Source: Scyliorhinus canicula
Taxonomy: Eukaryota
Direction of reading: 5' to 3'
Assembly (NCBI RefSeq): GCF_902713615.1
Contig: NC_052172.1
Span: 18,137,327 to 18,201,326 of the forward strand
Length of the DNA stretch: 64,000 bases
Made by a program: the position numbers and the translations under genes. Under the pieces are notes generated by a model. It was given only the letters and a program-made list of their open reading frames with translations. It was not told the DNA's origin and searched no databases. Numbering within the stretch: the stretch's first letter is position 1; each line of letters opens with the position of its first letter. This document shows positions 63,915 to 64,000 of this stretch, piece after piece.

Positions 63915-64000
63915 GGAAGGCAGATGATATGTTGGTCTTCATTGCAAGAGGACTTGAGTACCGAAGCAAGGATGTCTTGCTGCAGCTGTACAGGGAAATT
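63915..64000 (+). mobile_element. CR1 LINE, continuation after the PEX19 insert
   Basis: KADDMLVFIARGLEYRSKDVLLQLYR is colinear with the CR1 at 8184-8260 (KAYGVLAFISRGIEFRSHKVMLQLY). Confidence 0.9.

Overview
This is vertebrate (cartilaginous fish, probably catshark/Scyliorhinus-like) genomic DNA, and most of it is interspersed repeat: HE1/V-type tRNA-derived SINEs, SacSINE1/DeuSINE-like SINEs, CR1, L2, Rex1 and Tx1/L1 LINE fragments, Penelope remnants, solo LTRs, and hAT and Harbinger-type MITEs. Two protein-derived sequences are recognisable. One is the first coding exon of proteasome subunit alpha-6 (PSMA6 or a PSMA6-like paralogue; minus strand, 4657-4732; the rest of the gene lies left of the window). 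The other is a 5'-truncated, disabled, intronless PEX19 retrocopy (62693-63914) sitting inside a CR1 LINE. A CpG island at about 51.67-52.23 kb looks like two mirror-image promoters whose first exons point towards each other. Candidate non-coding or alternative minus-strand exons lie at 12.8 and 16.5 kb. Almost all ORFs in the supplied track are SINE/LINE artefacts. Family names come from recall of consensus sequences, not database searches. No prokaryotic-type system (CRISPR etc.) is present. The best leads are: the CR1-PEX19-CR1 chimera, the crossed promoters with a possible lncRNA or upstream PSMA6 exon, and SINE tail-swapping across several LINE clades.
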